NCBI GenBank assembly: GCA_964016885.1
Contig: OZ024743.1
Coordinates: 352,036,001-352,100,000 of the forward strand
Length of the DNA stretch: 64,000 nucleotides
Reading direction: 5' to 3'
From: Eledone cirrhosa
Lineage: Eukaryota
Shown: in pieces, positions 57,205-64,000 of the stretch
Layout of the letters: each line of letters starts with the position of its first letter
Numbering within the stretch: position 1 is the first letter of the stretch
The notes under the pieces: model-generated
Told to the model about the DNA's origin: nothing
The model's database searches: none
Seen by the model: the letters and a program-made list of their open reading frames with translations, nothing else
Position numbers and translations under genes: made by a program

Positions 57205-57480
57205 TTGAATCTGAGAGAATCAGTTTTTATCCATGGACAGTTATATATTGGTTGTTCACGAGTGGGAACATCTAGAAATCTTCATATACTTTGCACGAAC
57301 GGCAAAACAAAGAATCTGGCGTATTTGGAAGTTTTTTTACTTTTTTTTTTTGTCACACAGACACATCACGGTTTCGCCTCATACTGTAAACCAGACAACG
57401 CATCCAATACAGTCGTTTTCTCTTCTACTTGTCTTCTCTTATTAACTGTTCAGCCGGGCGAAGCCGGGTACCTCATCTAG
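57205..57480 (+). mobile_element. Helitron 3' end, duplicate
   Basis: Same helicase tail, hairpin and CTAG (57477-57480). Confidence 0.8.
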
Positions 57481-57583
57481 TATGATATAATATGCACACT
57501 ACATATGCTAACAGAAAACCGCCCCGGGGTGATTCTTCTGATAGTATTTATAATGTTATCCTAAAGAAAATCTGTTTTATATG

Positions 57584-60500
57584 TGTAGCGATAGGGTCAC
57601 GTCCATGTAACTGTTAAAATGTATTCTTCGTAGGATGAATGATAAAAAGAATGATGAAGAATTGTGATGTCGTTGACAACGTTTATTTTGTAATAATAAA
57701 AGTCACTTGTTGGTACATCGAATATTGAGTAATAAAAACGTGAGAATGACAGGAAGTCAAAAGGTTAGATAAAGTGTATAAGGGACAATAGAAGGAAACC
57801 TACTGTGTGTGTGTGTGTTAATCCGTAGCAAACGTGGTTTCTTTAGTAGCGGTCAGTCCATCTCTCTAATTCCCTGTCTGTCGAGCGAGTAAGAAATGTG
57901 AGAGAATAGTAAATAGAAGACTGTATTCGTGAAGAGAATCCATAGTGTTAGTAGAACAGTTCTTCTGTCGTCTGTGTTAGCCACTATCTCTAATTTGGTT
58001 CTCGTAGCGCTTGTATTTATAAGAATATTATAGCTAGAACAACGTGTATATGGCTTTTGAGACAATAGCCAGGCCATTTGCCTATCGACTGTCAAGTGTA
58101 TTGGCTCACAGGTCAAATGATATATAACATAGTTGTAGAGTGTTTTATGACCACTATAGAAAATTAATGGTTTGGCCATTTTACTATTTTATTTACTCCA
58201 ATTTAGAAATAGTATCAGAAGGCGGTAGGCTGCGTTTAATGTCAATTGGATTGGCAGAACGAGATCTAGTCGCAACAGTTTGAACACAGAATATTTATTT
58301 ATCGAAGAACATATTTTTCAATCGTGTTTGTGAATGTGAACAAGCAGAATACATTTGAACTTGTTAAGAGTACAAGGGTGTTTGCGGATAGTACAATGTT
58401 ACCTCTGCTGGTTGTCAAGACATTATGGATGTCTAATATCCAGTTGGTAGATTAAACATAGCACTCTCGGGTTAGGCATATTTCGCGCCACGTGTCGCAT
58501 GTTGAGGACAGCAAATTATTACGTGTTTCTGGTCTGAAACTATCTGCTCTACTCTTGCTTTCGGGTTTGGCACAATGCATTACTCATCCGATAGATAGCT
58601 GTATCAGATCGTTGGCTGGCTAATAGTTAGGTGAGGTGAGTTAGTGCAACAGGAATTAACGCGTGTAAATTTACCTATTTATCTGTTCACTACATTACCT
58701 TCCGTTTAGATCGAAGGTCGATATCAATATATAAGCCAAGGCAAAACTATGTGGGTTGCAACTCTTCACGTATTACATGAGTAGTGCTAAATATGCAATA
58801 TGTCTACATGACATCAAACAATAAAAAATCATCGGGTACACAGAGAAAAGATACATGCATGAATACAACCGAGAAAAATGAAACATAACATAATTGAACA
58901 AGCAAAAGTAATTGTTTTCAGAAGAGTCAAAAGTTTGAACAATATCAAAGTTCATATATAGATTGCTTTACTCAATCTCTGAGGCCAATGCACTCTACGA
59001 CCACTACGAGTCGTCGTAACATATGTTGGTGAAGGTAAGGAAGGTGTGTGTGATGTTGTGGCTGAGTATGCTCGTGAAGGTTCAACATGCAATGTATTGT
59101 ATGTGGGGGTGTATGGGATTCAACTGGTGGAGCGTTTGTAAAGGCCTGTTTAATCCTATCTACTGAAACTGTGTATTTCCTACCACAAACGTCTATGGTA
59201 GGGTCCTGTATAGGGTGGTACCAGTGGTCCTTTCACTGAGTCTTTACGTAGAAAAACGTGAGTCCAAGAAGTAGTGTTTTTAGGAACCGAAGCTTTAATT
59301 GTCTGTTGACGTGTTCCCATAGGCTTAAGATCATTGAAATATGATCGCAATCGGTTAATATATAACGTAGGATCTTCCCGTGATGCGTCGACTGTGACTA
59401 ACATCTGTCCCGGCAAGGATGAAGGTGTTCCGTACAGCAATTCCGCTGGGGACTATCCGAGATCCCCCCTGACCGCCGCGCAACAGCCAAGAAGAACAAT
59501 TGGTAGATATTCACTCCATTTTTGCTGGTCGGGATAAGCACGCAATGCTGCTTTTAATTGTCGATGTTCTATCATGCCATTTGACGCCGGATGGTAACTA
59601 TAGTTCTAATACGATATATCCCTAAAATTTTAGAAAGTTCATGGAAGAGATGTCATTCAAATTGTCCGCCACGGTCAGTGGTGATCGTGGAAGGGACACC
59701 GTATCGCGAAATCCAGCCAGACATCAGAGCTCGTGCTACCGATTCTGCTGAAATCTCTTCGAGAGGAATGGATTCAGGCCAACGTGTAAAACGGTCGATA
59801 CACGTAAGAAGGTATGTGTATATCCATGGCTGACCGGCCAAAGTCCAACTAGGTCGATATGAATATGGTCAAAGCGGGCATATGGAGCGTTGAATGTGCC
59901 CAGAGGTGCTCGAATGTGTTTGTGCACCTTAGACTTCTGGCAAAGTATGCAGGAACGAGACCATGCAGTGATATCTCGTCTCATATTTGGCCAAAAGAAT
60001 CTAGCCGTAATGAGTTTCACTGATGAAAGGATTCCAGGGTATGAGAGGTTGTGTAACGTGTCGAAAACTGTTCGCCGATGAAGTTCCGGAACGAAGGGTC
60101 GAGATGAATCAGTCGATATGTCATACAGGATGCTTGTGTCAGAATTGTGTAAAGGTAATTGTTTGAATTTGCACGTCGCAATTTCGGTTGCAGCTAAATC
60201 CAAATCGTCCAAAGCAGGCTGGTTAGCAACGAGCAAACGTAGATCAATATCGGTTTTTGTCGATAGTGAGTTGATAAGTAAACGAGATAATGCATATGCC
60301 GCTAAATTCTGTGATTCAGGAATATGACGTATATCACTAGTGAATTGTGATACATAATCTAAATGTCGAGTTTCATGTGGCGAGTATCTTTCGAGTTTCG
60401 CTTTGAGAGCAAATGTCAAAGGACGATGGTCGGTGAAAATCGTAAACTGGCGTCCTTCCAACGAATGCTGGAAGTGTTTGATTGCCAAGTACATCGCTAA

Positions 60501-60760
60501 CAGTTCTCTGCCGAAAGTACTGTATCAGGTTTCAGCGGGTTTAAGTTGTGTTGAGAAATATGCAAGTGGTTGCATACTCTAATTGTGATACTGTTGCAAA
60601 ACTGCACCTACTGCTGTGCTTGATGCGTCAACGACCAGTGAAAACTGGGCATCAGGCACAGGATGTGCAAGCAGGGTGACATCAGCTAATTCCTGTTTCA
60701 CTCTGGAATAAGCTTCGAGGTGAGCAGGGTCTAAAGAAATAGACTCGTTTTTGGCTAGGG
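57584..60760 (-). mobile_element. Gypsy remnant with 3' LTR (57584-58694), duplicate
   Basis: Near-identical to 18128-21300. Confidence 0.88.
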
Positions 60761-61113
60761 GTGTGGTTGAAGAAAATGCAGAAAAAAAGCACATAAAATC
60801 ATTTACAAACAGGCAAAATGAAAGAAAAAATGCTAAGCAAATTTGTATCAGCTACATATGTATAAGAATTTTTTTTTAATATAATATTAATGTAAATCAC
60901 TTTTAAGCTATGACGGTGAATCGTATTTGTGGTCTACTATATTTCAGAGGCATTCAGGCGCCATATTCATTTCTATGTTGTCTATAGCATTTATAATAGT
61001 ATCCAGATAAAGAAATAGTGATTCAAATGAATATAAATAAATATACACAGGTACAATACAACAACCACGAAAGACAGAATGAAAACACACACACACATGC
61101 ACAGATGCATGAA

Positions 61114-61144
<31 letters not shown>

Positions 61145-61348
61145 AAAATAGAATAGACATTACAACGAGAGGAAATATAAAATCACCCCACATGATTCAC
61201 AGACGTGTACTGGAATAACCTTAATAGACTATATATATTTTTTTAACCTCACTCAATCAACGATAAACGTTGATTTCAAGCTAAATTAACAGAAGCGAAA
61301 ACCAATCCAAATCAAACAGTGAGTGTGTTTTATTATTATTTCTGGCAA

Positions 61349-61534
61349 AGGGCGGTGGATTGGCAGTATCGGTAGAGGGTCGGACGCCATGCTTTCCAGC
61401 ATAGTTACGTCCCTTTACGATCTGAGTTCAAATCCCGCCGAGGTTGACTTTGCCTTTCATCCTTACGGGGTCGATAAAATAAAGTACCAGTGATGCACTG
61501 GTTAATTGCTGGCCTTGTGCCTAAAGTAGAAACA
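61349..61534 (+). mobile_element. tRNA-derived SINE, duplicate of 21900-22085
   Basis: Same sequence and TSD. Confidence 0.88.
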
Positions 61535-63010
61535 ATTATTATTTCTGGCAATATTATATAACAATATGACACTCCAAATATAACAATGTATATCTGTTAG
61601 AACACGAAAAGTGTGAAACAACAGAATGTTCACTTTTCGTGTTCTAACATATATGCCTAGCTTCTTTAAAAATTTTTCGGGGATAGCCGTGGTGGTGGTG
61701 ATCGTATGTCATTGGCTAATTTTCAACCAATCAGAGTACCTCTCTCTATATCTCTTCCACTGTTACTTACGCCTGTTTCTCTCTATCTGTTCCGTCTCTA
61801 TATATATCTCTTACTCTTTCGCTTTGCACTCCTCCCCTTCAATACCATCTCTCCCCCTCTCTATATATTTGTTACTCTATCGCTGCACGCTCCTCTCCTT
61901 CAATATATCAATTACACACGCTTTACACTCCTTTATCCCCAGCGCCCCTATATATACACCCCCCCTCTCCCGCATCTATATTTTAATGTACCGTTGCACC
62001 GTGAATATATGTGTCTATATATATATACATATATATTGTATATACACATTCATGTATGTATATACACACTCATGTATGTATATACACTGGTTTTATGTGT
62101 GTATTGTAAATTTGTACTGTTAAAACACGAAACTAACATTCGATTGACACTTTGATTACCTGTACAGGCAATAGTTATTAGAATGCTGTTGAAGTGTGTA
62201 TATATTTTTGGGGGACATCCTGTATATACACACATTATATATAATACAATAAACAGATAAATACACACATATATATATGAGCTTATTTAATTATAAATAT
62301 TGTGAATTTTTAACTCAGTTCAATTATATATATAAATGGCTTCTACAGGACTAGAACTGTTTCATTCGAAAGAAATCATCATAATATTGAGAGGGGGGAC
62401 TAGATAAAATATTTCAAATCAAATGTGTATAAGTTATAAGTTAAAATGTATAAATAGAGACGATAGTGGAGGTATATCTGTTTAGTGGAACAGTAGACGA
62501 TAGAATTAAATACAGACGAGAATCTCCCTTTAATGAAACAGCAGACGATAGAATTAAGGCAATTTAAATTTTAAGCATTTGCATTTTTGCCTTTTATCGT
62601 TACGGGGTCGATAAAATAAAGTACCAGTAATACACTGTCACTAGACGACTTTCAAATTGAATTGTTGGTTCCATTTCTTTAGTATTTTCAATTGTAGTTA
62701 TCTACTTAAAAAGCGTTACACGGTTAGAGACATAATTCGTAAGTTATATCTTCCCTATTAAACCATTGCATTATTTCGCCTACAATAGAACAAAAATGAA
62801 ATGTTCTTTAAAGAAACAGGAATATAACTTTATAAAAAAAAAAGTTGCATCCGCTTCTTTTATCATTGATAATTTTTTCGTTTTCATATTTATTGTTTTT
62901 TGTAGTTGTTTATATTAAAAATCTTACTGTAATATTTACTTAAACGAAGGCAAACATCTAAACTTATAGATTAATCTTGAGCGAAGGACTAGATAAATCT
63001 CTCTCTCTCC

Positions 63011-63049
<39 letters not shown>

Positions 63050-63442
63050 AACGAAGAATGATAAAATTTCAAGCAAAGAGTTTAATTAGGTATATTTTGT
63101 AATATTATTAACTAATTATTATAATTAACGCGCATATTTTGCTATCCTCAAACACGTTTACACATGGCATGAAATATAACTAATCCGAGATGGCTAGGTT
63201 TCATCTTCTAACTGGATAAACGAAATCCATTATGTCTTGACAACAACATGAGGTAACATTATGTTATTCACAGACACACTTTGTACACTGTTCCATATCA
63301 GAATGTATTTCCTTCGTCACATTCACAAACAGTATTGAAAATATGTTCTTCGGCAAATAAAAATGTTTTGTTCATAATATTTCAACTAGCGATTGCTCTA
63401 CTCCACGCACGACCACCATAAATTAATGACCAGCTCAACACA

Positions 63443-63612
63443 AGTATTGGTAGAGCGTCAGACACCATGCTTTGCAGTATTGTTATGGTCCTTTGCATTC
63501 TAAGTTCAAATCCTGCCGAGGTTAACTTCGACTTTCATACTTACTAATTCGATAAAATAAAGTACCAGTAATGGACTGCCGTAATGGATTTGTGCCGAAA
63601 AATAGAAACACT
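63443..63612 (+). mobile_element. Diverged SINE, duplicate of 23995-24165
   Basis: Same sequence. Confidence 0.75.
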
Positions 63613-64000
63613 ATTAATGTGCAATAAGAGCAAAATATAACGACATTGCTCAATTATTTTATCTAATGTTGTAATAACACAAGGAAATGTTGTTTGTGTA
63701 TTTTTTTTTATATTTGCTCATAGGCTTTTACAATTTCGCTCAGCCAACAACTATTAAAAAGTGAGTTGCTTAAGATAACAATTTAATCACAAATTGTTGC
63801 TATCTTTTAATACACTCCAACAAGTCATCAAATTATGTACAATAAAAACAAATCTTATTAATTTGCTCAGGGAATATAAAGAAAATGTATATACACTGAT
63901 AATTGCAATTGTATGTAAATATTGTATATTTTATGTTTTCTATTATGTATAATATATTGATTTAATATTGATTGTTTTTTGTAGTTGTTTATATTAAAAG

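Overview
AT-rich, repeat-dense animal genomic DNA with no convincing host gene. An octopod cephalopod is likely, inferred from the SINE type, the long TA microsatellites and a ~2.9 kb 18S rRNA. A ~21.9 kb block of nested, decayed transposons (Penelope-like element, RTE LINE, R4/Dong-like LINE, Helitron end, Gypsy LTR element, SINEs) is tandemly duplicated: 5572-27458, and again from 27456 to the window end. In the second copy one complete GC-rich rDNA repeat (IGS-ETS-18S-ITS1-5.8S-ITS2-28S-IGS, 27559-46094) interrupts the Penelope RT gene. Its two ends are adjacent positions of one IGS subrepeat, as expected for an integrated extrachromosomal rDNA circle. The 28S gene carries a 1158 bp non-coding insertion exactly at the R2 target site. 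It has a predicted HDV-like 5' ribozyme and is a candidate non-autonomous R2 (SIDE-like) element. The Penelope repeats contain minimal hammerhead ribozymes, and the element has a candidate programmed -1 frameshift. All structures were read by eye; no folding or database search was run.
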